From NCBI GenBank assembly GCA_963770895.1, contig CAVYRF010000001.1, forward strand, positions 1,344,001 through 1,408,000: a stretch of DNA of 64,000 nucleotides. The letters are read 5' to 3'. The position numbers were made by a program, and so were the translations under genes. Source of the DNA: an uncultured Acidobacteriota bacterium. GTDB taxonomy: Bacteria; Acidobacteriota; Thermoanaerobaculia; Multivoradales; UBA5704. This document shows, one piece after another, positions 17,252-26,805 of this stretch (the stretch's first letter is position 1; each line of letters begins with the position of its first letter). The notes beneath the pieces are model-generated. The model was given only the letters and a program-made list of their open reading frames with translations. It was not told the origin of the DNA and did not search any database.

Positions 17252-19354
17252 ATGAGGATCCGGGTCGACGCGCTCGCGGTTTCTCTGGGTGTGTCCCTGC
17301 TGGCCGCGGGCGGTGGCTGCCAGATAGAGCCGACGCCCAGCTCGCCGGCCGCAGCGATCGCTCTGCTTGCTGCGATCCCGAGCCTGCGTCCCGTCGCACC
17401 ACGTCTGACAGTTTTGCCCAACTATGCGCCGTGCCGCGAGAGCTCGCCCGATGAGAGTGGTGATCGATCGGCCGTCTGCGTTTCCCTGCGCGCACCAGGG
17501 AGCCGCGTCGAGAGCGACTTCAACCGGGTGCGTCGCGCCATCGTCGAGCATCCGCGGGAGGTGGAGTACGCCGCCGCGACCGCGGTCTGGCTCCTCTCGC
17601 GCGACGATATGCCAAGGGCGGCGGACAGGGCCGTCGAACGCTTTCAAGTCGTGGTGCGGTCGCATCCGTCGAGCGCCCGCGCGCTCAGCGATCTCGCCGC
17701 AGCGTACCTGGTCCGCGGTAGCGTGGAGAGCCTGCCTGCCGATTTCCTGCGGTCTCTCGACGATCTCGAACGCGCCCTGCTGCTGGAGCCCGGTTTGCCT
17801 GAGGCGCTCTTCAACCGCGGGCTCGTGTTCGAGCGTCTCGGTCTGTGTGCGGCCGCGGTCGCCTCCTGGGATGACTATCTGGCGATCGACGCCAGCTCGG
17901 GATGGGCTCGCGAAGCTGCTGCCCGCCGCGGCAGCATGCCCTGCCATTGGCCGGATTGGGAACCCGCCAAGGTCTGGGCGACGGGCGCCGACGCTGCTGC
18001 AGCTCCGCCCCCTGAGCTGGCAAAACTGCTCGCGGTGACGCCGATCGAGGTGAGTCGCCGCACGCTCGAAGAGCTTCTCCCGGCATGGGCGGAAACCTGG
18101 CTTGCCGGCAACCAGGAACAGGCCCGGCTGCGGCTCACCCGAATCCAATCCATTGCCGATGCCTTGGCGGTGCGCACCGGGGACGCGGCCACGGTCCGTC
18201 TGGTGGCCGAGCTCGGTGCGGAAGGGCAGCCGCACCAGGCGCGGCTGGCATTGGCGTACCAGCACCTTGGCGCGGCCGCTCGCCTGCAGGCCTCGAGCCT
18301 GTACGCACTGGCGCTCACCAAATACCAGCAAGCATTGGCAGCCAGCGGCGACCGTGAGACAGGTGTCGCTCTGTGGGCGCGGTACGGCATGATCACAACG
18401 CTGGTCACCGAGGAGGATTATTCCGTGGCGCTACGGCTTCTCTCCGAGCTGCGGCGAGAGCCGGGACTGGCATCCATGCCTGCGCTGAGCGCGCGTATCG
18501 CATGGTCGGAAGGGCTGGTCCAGCTGCGCACCGGCGCCTTCGCCGAGTCGCGCCAGAGCTTCGCTGCCACCGCCGCGATTTGCGACCACCTGCACGACTC
18601 CGTGCAGGCCGGGGCGGCCCGCGCGCTCGAGGCTGAAAGCCTGAACGCCCTCGGCATGGACGACGAGGCATGGCGGCTCCGCATCGCGGCGTTGCAAGCG
18701 CTTGGGCGTCATGCCTCGGGTCCGCTCCACAACCTGCTCGTCGATGCAGCTCTGGCCGGCCGCGAGGGCGGCTGGCCACATGCGGCCCTGGCTCTCCAAA
18801 CTGCTGGTCTGGCGGTCGCCAGGACGATGCGCTCCCCGAGCCGCACGGTCGAGGCGCTGCTTTGGCGGAGCAAGATCCTGGCCGCGCTCGCGCACTCCGC
18901 GCAGGCCATGGCGGACCTGCAAGATGCCTTTTCCCAGGTGCGGAACATCGCCGACCCGGGGGTGCGCCAGCGCCTCAGCGCGGAGCTCCACGAGGCGGCC
19001 GGTAGCCTGTTGATGGGCAGTGATCCGGCGCTGGCAGTGGACGAGCTGAGCGCGGCACTTCATTTCTATCGGCAGACAAGCTTTGCCTGGAAGCTTCCCT
19101 CCGTGCTCTTGCTTCGCGCTCGCGCCCGCTTACGGCTGGGCCATCAGGCTCTCGCGGCGGCCGACCTGGAGGCCGCGGTCGGCGAGTTCGAGCGCCGCGA
19201 CCGCGCGATGCCGCCGGAGATCTTCCGCTACAGCCATTTCGAGCGCGCCCAAGAGATCTTCGACGAAATGATCCGGCTGCAGGTCGCGCAGCATCGTCCC
19301 GATCTCGCCCTTGCCTACATGGAGCGATCGCGGTCGGCAGGTTGGCCCGTTTAA
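17252..19354 (+). CDS. Exported TPR protein resembling the N-terminal part of TPR-CHAT proteins, CHAT domain absent
   Basis: Signal/lipobox-like LAVSLGVSLLAAGGGC, TPR motifs ALSDLAAAYL, PEALFNRGLVFERLG and DASSGWAREA. It ends immediately after ALAYMERSR. Confidence 0.75.
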   Translation: MRIRVDALAVSLGVSLLAAGGGCQIEPTPSSPAAAIALLAAIPSLRPVAPRLTVLPNYAPCRESSPDESGDRSAVCVSLRAPGSRVESDFNRVRRAIVEHPREVEYAAATAVWLLSRDDMPRAADRAVERFQVVVRSHPSSARALSDLAAAYLVRGSVESLPADFLRSLDDLERALLLEPGLPEALFNRGLVFERLGLCAAAVASWDDYLAIDASSGWAREAAARRGSMPCHWPDWEPAKVWATGADAAAAPPPELAKLLAVTPIEVSRRTLEELLPAWAETWLAGNQEQARLRLTRIQSIADALAVRTGDAATVRLVAELGAEGQPHQARLALAYQHLGAAARLQASSLYALALTKYQQALAASGDRETGVALWARYGMITTLVTEEDYSVALRLLSELRREPGLASMPALSARIAWSEGLVQLRTGAFAESRQSFAATAAICDHLHDSVQAGAARALEAESLNALGMDDEAWRLRIAALQALGRHASGPLHNLLVDAALAGREGGWPHAALALQTAGLAVARTMRSPSRTVEALLWRSKILAALAHSAQAMADLQDAFSQVRNIADPGVRQRLSAELHEAAGSLLMGSDPALAVDELSAALHFYRQTSFAWKLPSVLLLRARARLRLGHQALAAADLEAAVGEFERRDRAMPPEIFRYSHFERAQEIFDEMIRLQVAQHRPDLALAYMERSRSAGWPV

Positions 19355-19886
19355 CGAAGTACCGGCTTCGTGTCGTGTGCTGACCTGGTCGTCGGGCTCC
19401 TTTTCGCAGAGCCTCAATCCGGTCGTTGGCGGCCTCACCGTGACCGTCTCCGGAGTGACCGCGGTGAAGGCCAATGCCACCAAGTGGGTTTCCACCAATC
19501 CGGCCTCGATCAAACCTGCCTCGGTCGCGCCGCAGGTGATCTATCAGCGCGATCTGAGCGGGCTCAAGGATACCGAACAGATCACGATCTTCCTTGGCAA
19601 CAACTGTGCCGAGGACGTGCTCAATTGGCCGCGCAACTCGGCGTCGGGCAGGAACAGCGACAGCGATTTCAAGTGGCTCTACGGCCTGGCGCAGCCGAGC
19701 CAGCTGGCCTCCTGGGTCAATGCCGGCCTGCCGGTACCGATCGTTCCGGGAGGCAGCATCGACCAGGACATGGATCCGACCCTGGCCTTCGCCCAGCCCT
19801 GGGGCGGCGGCGGCGGTGTGACGTGCGAATGCAACGGTATGCTTCACGCGGCGACCACCTTCGGGTATGCAGAGGGAAACGCATGA
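19344..19886 (+). pseudogene. C-terminal portion of an uncharacterised protein lacking a credible start
   Basis: Coding-like frame overlapping the TPR gene end (DSDFKWLYGL...LPVP...GGGGVTCECNG). Its stop overlaps the next ATG (ATGA). Confidence 0.55.
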
Positions 19887-20464
19887 GCTTGCCGACCGTG
19901 CTGAGCACAGCGGCGCTGCTTTGGACCCCTGCGCCGTCGCTGGCCCCTGCCTCACCATCGTGTGGCCTGGCCCGTTACCAGCCGGCTAGCCAGTGCCAGA
20001 CCTTTTGGTGCTGGGCCGCCGTGCTGCAACAGCTGCTGCTCTACATCGATGGCACCCAGACCAATCAGTGCGACCTGGCGACGCGCTTTATCGCCGCCAC
20101 TGGGCCGTGCTGCCCCTGCGATCCCACCGTCTACAACCCATGCAATCAGCTGGGTACCCTCAGGGACTATCTCGACAATCTGAATCTGGAGTACGACTTC
20201 ATGTCCGGCCCGGGTCTCACCCAGCCGGTGCTGCAAGCGGCCCTTTGCGCTTCACGGCCGGTGGTTGGAATGTTCAAGAATATCCAGCTCCAACATTATG
20301 TCGTGATCTCGGGCATTACGCCGGCCACGCCACAGTACTCTCTGGAGGTCTGCAACCCCGACCTCGGCACCAGGACGCAGATCCTGTGCCAGGACGGTCA
20401 ACCCATCGCACTCGTACCAGGCCTCAACCTGACCGAGGCGTACATTCTCAAGGGGCAAGCGTGA
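19883..20464 (+). CDS. Papain-like cysteine protease (Peptidase C39-like family)
   Basis: Q-x5-C-WAA nucleophile motif (SQCQTFWCWAA), QCDLA, RPV, HYVVISG (His) and VCNP (third triad position). ATGA-coupled; hydrophobic N-terminus. Confidence 0.8.
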   Translation: MSLPTVLSTAALLWTPAPSLAPASPSCGLARYQPASQCQTFWCWAAVLQQLLLYIDGTQTNQCDLATRFIAATGPCCPCDPTVYNPCNQLGTLRDYLDNLNLEYDFMSGPGLTQPVLQAALCASRPVVGMFKNIQLQHYVVISGITPATPQYSLEVCNPDLGTRTQILCQDGQPIALVPGLNLTEAYILKGQA

Positions 20465-21042
20465 TGAGACTCGCTGACCTTTCTCCAGCAGCCGCCGAAA
20501 GCCTCAAGGTCGGCTTGGATTCGTATCTGTCCGGGCTCGGCAGGCAACGCCTGATCGAAGCGGGCGTCAACCTCGACAACCTCCAGGCCCGTGGCGTGCT
20601 CGCCAAAGCACGGCTCGACCTGGCGACCCTGCCCGCCTTGTGGACTGCCTCCGGAGCCGCACTCGACGCTCTCTTCGGCTACCTGTACGTCTGCCTCTTC
20701 GACGGCGATCGTTCGATCGGCTTTGCGACCCTGGCCCGCGCTGATGATGGCGCATACGCTCTCGAACACGTATCGCTCACCAGTTCGACGTTGCTCGTCG
20801 ACGGCCTCACCGCCATCCAACAACAACCCGACAGCGCCGCTCTCGAGATTCGCGTGCTGCATGTGCTGCCGCTCGCGCTCCACGCCCTGGTTCTCGTCCG
20901 CGGCGATGCGATCGATTCGTACTTCGTCCTGGCGCCGCGCTACCAACAGGGCGCGGCCGCCGTCACTCCCGCGGACTTCCGCGCCTTCGCCGAGAGCCTC
21001 GAGGCCAACCGCGACCACGCCTACCCTCCGCAACACGCTTGA
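20464..21042 (+). CDS. Uncharacterised protein coupled to the papain-like protease
   Basis: TGATG overlap with the protease stop; globular composition; LEIRVLHVLPLALHALVL segment. Confidence 0.7.
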   Translation: MRLADLSPAAAESLKVGLDSYLSGLGRQRLIEAGVNLDNLQARGVLAKARLDLATLPALWTASGAALDALFGYLYVCLFDGDRSIGFATLARADDGAYALEHVSLTSSTLLVDGLTAIQQQPDSAALEIRVLHVLPLALHALVLVRGDAIDSYFVLAPRYQQGAAAVTPADFRAFAESLEANRDHAYPPQHA

Positions 21043-21322
21043 TCCTGGCTCTCCCAGCAATCGGCCGGCGTTCCAAGAACCGGTACGGCCGATCTGCAGA
21101 GGTCTGGTAGGCAGGCCTGTCTACTTCCTGCCGGTGCGGATTGTCAGGAGAATCTCGTTCACCCGCGCCCGGGCCAGCCAGCCCGGGCGCACTGCTGACC
21201 GCCGGGTACGGCAGCGTCTTGCGGTGATCCTGCTGCCGGGGGAGCCAGTGCGAGATCCTGCCGCACTGTCGTGCGCTGCTATCGACGCCTTGGGATTGTC
21301 CGCTGGTGTTCCGGGCGGGACG

Positions 21323-21490
21323 CTAGTGGCCTGTATCGGTGAAATTGGAAGCGGATGGCGCCGCCATTCGGCGGTGCGGGCCAGGCGCGCCGACGCAGGC
21401 ATAGTTGAACCTATGTCGAGGAGGCGCAACGCAGCCCCCGCCGTCGAGGGCAAGCCAGGCGCTGCCGATTTCACCGATACAGGACGCTAG
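21323..21490. repeat. 168-bp palindromic MITE/ERIC-like element, copy 2
   Basis: CTAG ends, inverted arms cctgtatcggtgaaat / atttcaccgatacagg, core near-identical to copy 1. The right CTAG overlaps the tsaB-rimI stop. Confidence 0.85.
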
Positions 21491-22872
21491 ATCGTGAGGC
21501 AGTATAGGAGAGCGTCGGAGCCGTCGCGGTAGTAGCGCTCGCGCCGCCCGGCCAGGCGGAAGCCCAGCGCGTGGTAGACGGCCAGGGCGCTCGCGTTGTC
21601 CGGGCGGACTTCCAGGAAACACTCGGTCACGCCGCCGGCGCGCAGGAGGGAGAGGCCTGCGGTGATCAGGCGCCGTGCCAGACCTTGCCGACGGGACGCT
21701 GGCAGGACGGCCACGCGCAGCAGCTCGGCTTGGCCTGCTGCATGGCGAAAGCAGGCGTAGCCGGTCGCCGGCGCCTGGTGCGGGGAGTCGGGCGCCGCAA
21801 CCACCAGCATGAGGCCGGCGGTCTGGTGCAGCTCGGCGGCCAACTGGTTTGACGACCAGGGGTCGGCAAAGGCGGCCGCCTCCAGGTGGGCAAGGCGGGG
21901 CAGATCGGCGTCGGTGGCCCGGCGGATCCCTTGTGGGTCCTGGGACGACGCCAACGGCAACATGGTCCGGCGCCGTTTCGGCGCGGTGGTAGCGGGTGGA
22001 CGGGCGTAGATGGGCGCCGCCAGGCTCGCGGGCTGCCATTGCGAAAGTGGCACCGCGGCGGCCAGGCGGAGCGCCATGGCGGCAAGCGGGGGCCCATCCC
22101 ACGCCTCGATCAGCCGGATGCCAGTGTCCGCCGCGATGCCGGCCGCCGCAGCCAATGCCGCGACGCCGAATGCCACCAGGCAGGGCCGCGCGGCCGTGCC
22201 GTCCCCGGCCCGCCGCCGCCCGCCGGCCGGGTCGGCGGCGCGCGCCGTCACCCACGACGCCAGCTCGGCCACCGGCACCAGCTCGATGCCGGTCAGCGGC
22301 TTCACGCCGGACAAGGGTTCGCCTCCCGCGGGCGGCTCGTCATCGACCAGCAGCTCGTTGCCGTAGAGAGACGCGGCGGGGCGGCGGGCAAACGCCTGCA
22401 CCGACCACTCACCGCGCAAGGCGTCGACGGCGGCGACGATCGATCCCTCGCCGCTTCCGCCGCCATTTTGATCTTCGTCCCCGTCGCGATCTCCATCGCC
22501 GCCGCTGCTGCTACCACTGCCGCGGGTTGCCGCCGCCGCTGCCGCGGCGGCCAGGGCGGCCAGGGTGGAGACGGCCTGGGCTGGGACGCCCAGGGCCTGG
22601 TGGAGACCGAGGGCGGTCGCCAGGGCGACGCGCAGGCCGGTGAAACTGCCGGGGCCGGCGGCGGCCACCAGGCCGGCGAGGTCGGCGGGTTGGGCGCCGG
22701 CGTCGCGCAGGGTGGCGTCGATCAGGGCGAGCAGCTGGGTGGAGGAGTGCTCCTGGGCGACGGCGCGGGCGGCGAGCGGCGTGCCGTTGCGGCCGACGGC
22801 GACGCTGACGCGCGGCGAGCCGGCGTCGAGCGACAGGATCAGGCCCTGGCCGGCGGCGGCCTTTCTTGCCAT
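21487..22872 (-). CDS. tsaB: Fused TsaB (t6A biosynthesis) + RimI-type GNAT acetyltransferase
   Basis: EHSSTQLL and GPGSFTGLRVAL (TsaB). The C-terminal FADPWS, RRQGLARRL, FLEVRPDNASALAVY..LGF..AGRRERYY is RimI-like. Both are in one frame. Confidence 0.85.
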   Translation of the reverse strand: MARKAAAGQGLILSLDAGSPRVSVAVGRNGTPLAARAVAQEHSSTQLLALIDATLRDAGAQPADLAGLVAAAGPGSFTGLRVALATALGLHQALGVPAQAVSTLAALAAAAAAAATRGSGSSSGGDGDRDGDEDQNGGGSGEGSIVAAVDALRGEWSVQAFARRPAASLYGNELLVDDEPPAGGEPLSGVKPLTGIELVPVAELASWVTARAADPAGGRRRAGDGTAARPCLVAFGVAALAAAAGIAADTGIRLIEAWDGPPLAAMALRLAAAVPLSQWQPASLAAPIYARPPATTAPKRRRTMLPLASSQDPQGIRRATDADLPRLAHLEAAAFADPWSSNQLAAELHQTAGLMLVVAAPDSPHQAPATGYACFRHAAGQAELLRVAVLPASRRQGLARRLITAGLSLLRAGGVTECFLEVRPDNASALAVYHALGFRLAGRRERYYRDGSDALLYCLTI

Positions 22873-22913
22873 GCCACAAGTATAGGGTTGGCGGGCCGAT
22901 ATACTCTGCGCCG
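22873..22913. promoter_or_regulatory. Compact divergent promoter region for tsaB-rimI and mutS
   Basis: TATACT on the minus strand (22879-22884, 6 nt from ATG) and on the plus strand (22900-22905, 8 nt from ATG). No SD on either side. Confidence 0.6.
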
Positions 22914-25598
22914 ATGACAGAGCGGAGTGCGACGGTGCAGCTGACGCCGATGTTGCGCCAGTACCTTGAGGTCAAGGCGCGGCACCCGGATGCGGTCGTG
23001 CTGTACCGCATGGGCGACTTTTTCGAGATGTTCTTTGACGACGCGGTGAAGGCGGCGCCGATCCTGGAGGTGCAGCTGACCGCCCGGCAGCGCGGCAGCG
23101 ACAGCGAGGCGCCGATGTGCGGCGTGCCGCACCACGCCCTGGACACCTACCTGGTGAAGCTCCTGGCGGCGGGCCTGAAGGTGGCGATCTGCGACCAGGT
23201 GGAGGACCCGGCCAAGGCCAAGGGGCTGGTGCGCCGCGAAGTGACGCGGGTGGTGACGCCCGGCACGCTGTCCGATCCCGACCTGCTGGACAGCCGCGAA
23301 GACAACCTGCTTGCCGCCATCGCGTGGGAGGGCGAGCAGGGAGCGGGCGCCTTCCTCGACATCTCGACCGGCACCTTCTTCGTGCGCCGCTGGGGCGCCG
23401 CCGAAGAGGCCACGGACGACCTGGCGCTCCTGCGGCCGCGCGAAATGCTGCTGGCGGGCGACGGGGTGCCGGCGACGGTGCGCGAATGGGCGGAGCGCGA
23501 GTGCGCCTGCACCACACCGCTGGCGGGCGACCGGCTGCTCGATCCGCGGCGCGCCGGCGACCTGTTGCAGCGCCACCTGGGAGCGTCGACGCTGCGCGGC
23601 TTCGGCCTGCTGCAGCAGGAGCCGGCTGTGCTGGCGGCCGCGTCGGCGCTGGCCTATGCGCGCGAAACGCAGCGCAGCGACCTGTCGCACATCCAGACGC
23701 TCAGCGTCCGCGAGGCGGGCGACCGGCTGGTCCTGGACGCCGCGACGCTGGCCAACCTGGAGGTGTTCCGGCCTGCCTCCTCGGCCGCCGCGCTGGCCCA
23801 GCTGGCACCCATCCAGGCGAGCGCCGCCGCCGCCGGCGCAGCCGGCGAGCGCCGCCGCCGCACCACCCTTCTGGGCGTGCTCGACCGCACCGCCACGCCG
23901 CCGGGCGGGCGGCTGCTGCGCGAATGGCTGCGGCGTCCGTTGCGCGATCCCCAGGCGATCTCCCTCCGCCACCAGGCGGTGGCGGACCTGGCCGGCGACC
24001 ATCCGCGGCGCGAGCGGCTGCGCGAACGCCTGGGCCGCGTCGGCGACCCCGAGCGCCTGCTGGCGCGCGCCGTCCTGGGCACGCTGACGCCGCGCGAAGC
24101 GGCGGCGCTGCGCGACAGCCTGGCCGAGGCGCCCGCCATCCTGGCCGAGGCGGCGGCCGGCAACGCCCAGATGCTGGCCGACCTTGCCGCCGTCGATCCG
24201 CTGCCGCGGCTCGCCGCCGAGCTCGCCAGGGTGCTGGAGCCGGTGGCGGGCGGCACGCTCGACGAGGGCGGGGTCATCGCCGCCGGCGTCGATCCCGAGC
24301 TCGACAAGTACCGCTCGCTCACCGGCGACAGCAAGCGCCACATCCTGGCGCTGGAGGTGCGCGAGCGCGAGCGCACCGGCATCTCCTCGCTCAAGGTGCG
24401 CTACAACCGGGTTTTCGGCTATTACCTGGAGGTGACGCGCGCCAACCAGGATCGGGTGCCCGCCGACTACATCCGGCGCCAGACCCTGGCCAACGCCGAG
24501 CGCTACGTGACGCCGGAGATCAAGGAGCTGGAAGAGCAGATCCTGGCGGCCGAGGAGCGCCAGCTGGCGCTGGAGCGCGAGCATTTCCAGCGCCTGATCG
24601 CCACCGTCGCCGCCGACGCGCGGGGGCTGCACGCGCTGGCCGCCGCCATCGCCACGCTCGACGTGCTGGCGGCGTTTGCCGAGGCGGCGGCGCGGCACCG
24701 CTACGTGGTGCCACAGATGCTGCCGGCGGGAGCGCCGCTGATCATCCGCGAAGGCCGCCACCCGGTCGTGGAAGTGGCGAGCCGCGACGCGTTCGTGCCC
24801 AACGACACGGAGCTGGATTCCGAATCGGCGCAGATCGTCCTGCTGACCGGCCCCAACATGGGCGGCAAGTCGACCTACCTGCGGCAGGTGGCGCTGATCG
24901 TTCTCATGGCGCAGGCCGGCAGCATGGTGCCCGCCGATTCCGCCTCGCTGGGCGTCGTCGACCGCATCTTCACCCGCGTCGGCGCCTCCGACGATCTGGC
25001 GCGCGGCGAATCGACGTTCATGGTCGAGATGATCGAAACGGCCAACATCCTGCGCCACGCCACCGGCCACAGCCTGGTGATCCTGGACGAAGTGGGCCGC
25101 GGCACCGCGACGTTCGACGGCCTGTCGCTGGCCTGGGCGGTGGTGGAATACCTGCACGAGCACGGCCGCCCCAAGACGCTGTTCTCCACCCACTATCACG
25201 AGCTGACGGAGCTGGCGACGGTGCTGCCGCGCGTCGTCAACCGCACGCTCGCGGTCAGGGAGTGGGACGAGCGCATCGTGTTTCTGCACCGCGTGGTGCC
25301 GGGCAGCGCCGACAAATCCTACGGCTTGCAGGTGGCCCGCCTGGCCGGCCTGCCGCCGGCGGTGATCCAGCGCGCCGGCGAGGTCCTGGGCAACCTGGAA
25401 GCGCACGAATACGATCTGACCGGCAGGCCGCGGCTGGCGCGCGGTCACGCGCCGGCGGAGCCCGCGCCCGCGCAGTTGACACTTTTCGTTCCCCCCGAGC
25501 ACGTGATAGCGTCGCTGCTGCGGGAGGTGGACCTCGACCAGCTGGCGCCGCTCGCGGCGCTCAACTTGCTCCACAGCTTGAAGTCAAGGTTGGGATGA
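22914..25598 (+). CDS. mutS: DNA mismatch repair protein MutS
   Basis: TPMLRQY, RMGDFFEMF, GRHPVVE, Walker A TGPNMGGKSTY, STFMVEM, LDEVGRGT and THYHEL. Confidence 0.98.
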   Translation: MTERSATVQLTPMLRQYLEVKARHPDAVVLYRMGDFFEMFFDDAVKAAPILEVQLTARQRGSDSEAPMCGVPHHALDTYLVKLLAAGLKVAICDQVEDPAKAKGLVRREVTRVVTPGTLSDPDLLDSREDNLLAAIAWEGEQGAGAFLDISTGTFFVRRWGAAEEATDDLALLRPREMLLAGDGVPATVREWAERECACTTPLAGDRLLDPRRAGDLLQRHLGASTLRGFGLLQQEPAVLAAASALAYARETQRSDLSHIQTLSVREAGDRLVLDAATLANLEVFRPASSAAALAQLAPIQASAAAAGAAGERRRRTTLLGVLDRTATPPGGRLLREWLRRPLRDPQAISLRHQAVADLAGDHPRRERLRERLGRVGDPERLLARAVLGTLTPREAAALRDSLAEAPAILAEAAAGNAQMLADLAAVDPLPRLAAELARVLEPVAGGTLDEGGVIAAGVDPELDKYRSLTGDSKRHILALEVRERERTGISSLKVRYNRVFGYYLEVTRANQDRVPADYIRRQTLANAERYVTPEIKELEEQILAAEERQLALEREHFQRLIATVAADARGLHALAAAIATLDVLAAFAEAAARHRYVVPQMLPAGAPLIIREGRHPVVEVASRDAFVPNDTELDSESAQIVLLTGPNMGGKSTYLRQVALIVLMAQAGSMVPADSASLGVVDRIFTRVGASDDLARGESTFMVEMIETANILRHATGHSLVILDEVGRGTATFDGLSLAWAVVEYLHEHGRPKTLFSTHYHELTELATVLPRVVNRTLAVREWDERIVFLHRVVPGSADKSYGLQVARLAGLPPAVIQRAGEVLGNLEAHEYDLTGRPRLARGHAPAEPAPAQLTLFVPPEHVIASLLREVDLDQLAPLAALNLLHSLKSRLG

Positions 25599-25674
25599 AC
25601 ACCGGTCGCTCCGCCATTTGCAACCGCTGCCGGGCTGCAGTCGTGTTGCGTGTTCGTTTACAATCAAGAGTCGG

Positions 25675-26730
25675 ATGAACCCAGGGCGTTTCCTGTTTGC
25701 TGGCATTCCAGGTGGTCACCTCGACCGCGCCACAGCGAAGCTGCTGAGTGCGGAGCCTCCGGGCGGCATCGTGCTGTTCGCCCGCAACATTGAATCCGCC
25801 GAGCAGCTGACCGACCTGGTGGGAGAGCTGCGCCGCAGCGTTCCCGGCGCGGTCATCGCGATCGATGCGGAAGGCGGCCGCGTCGATCGGCTGAAGGCAG
25901 TGGTGGGGCCGGCTCCAGGCGCCTCGCTCCTCGCCCGCCATCCGCCGGCGGCGTCCAACCTGGCGGGGCACTGGATCGCCCAAGCCCTGCGCCTGTTCGA
26001 CATCGACCTCGACTTTGCGCCGGTGGTCGACCTCGACTACGGCGAGCGCGACAACGCCCTCGACGGCCGCTACCTGGGCGGACGGGTGCCGGCCGTGCTG
26101 CAACGCGCCCGCGCCTTCCTGCGCGGCCTGCAGAGCAGCGGCGTGGGCGGTTGCCTCAAGCACTTTCCTGGCCTGGGCGGCGCCACCGCGGACACCCATC
26201 ACCAGACGTCGGTGGTGAACCTGAGCCGCCAGGCGCTGGATGCCGATCTGCGCCCCTTCGAAGCCCTGCTGCCGGTCACCGGCGCGGTCATGGTCGGCCA
26301 CGCGGTGTATCCCGCTTTGGACACCAGACAGCGCCCTGCCAGCCTTTCTCCAGAGATCATCGGCGATCTGCTGCGCGCCCAGCTGGCCTTTGACGGCCTG
26401 GTGCTGAGCGACGACCTGGAGATGCAAGCCCTGGCGTCGCAGGGCGACCTGCCGACGCGCGCCGAAGCGGCGTTTGCCGCCGGTTGCGACGCCCTGCTGG
26501 TCTGCGAAACGACCGCCGCCCTGCCAGACATCGCCGCGCGCCTGGCGCGCCCGCGACACGCCAAACGCCGCGCCGAAGCCGACCGTCGCCTGGCCGAGCA
26601 CCGCCAGCGCCTGCGCACCCTGCGCTGGACCGGCGACGCCGGCAACCTGGTGCGCGGCCGCTCCCGTGCCACCCAGGTGCAGGTCGTCAAGAACGGTCTC
26701 GCCGGCCTGGTCGCCAACCTGCAAGCGTAG
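25675..26730 (+). CDS. nagZ: Beta-N-acetylhexosaminidase (GH3, NagZ-like)
   Basis: GGIVLFARN, IDAEGGRV, FAPVVD, KHFPGLG....DTH and SDDLEM. Confidence 0.88.
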   Translation: MNPGRFLFAGIPGGHLDRATAKLLSAEPPGGIVLFARNIESAEQLTDLVGELRRSVPGAVIAIDAEGGRVDRLKAVVGPAPGASLLARHPPAASNLAGHWIAQALRLFDIDLDFAPVVDLDYGERDNALDGRYLGGRVPAVLQRARAFLRGLQSSGVGGCLKHFPGLGGATADTHHQTSVVNLSRQALDADLRPFEALLPVTGAVMVGHAVYPALDTRQRPASLSPEIIGDLLRAQLAFDGLVLSDDLEMQALASQGDLPTRAEAAFAAGCDALLVCETTAALPDIAARLARPRHAKRRAEADRRLAEHRQRLRTLRWTGDAGNLVRGRSRATQVQVVKNGLAGLVANLQA

Positions 26731-26805
26731 CCCGAACCCGACCGCGCGGCGCCGGGCCTTCGTTCCCGCACTCGGAGCCGCCTGCAATGCCGAGACGGTG
26801 CTGAT

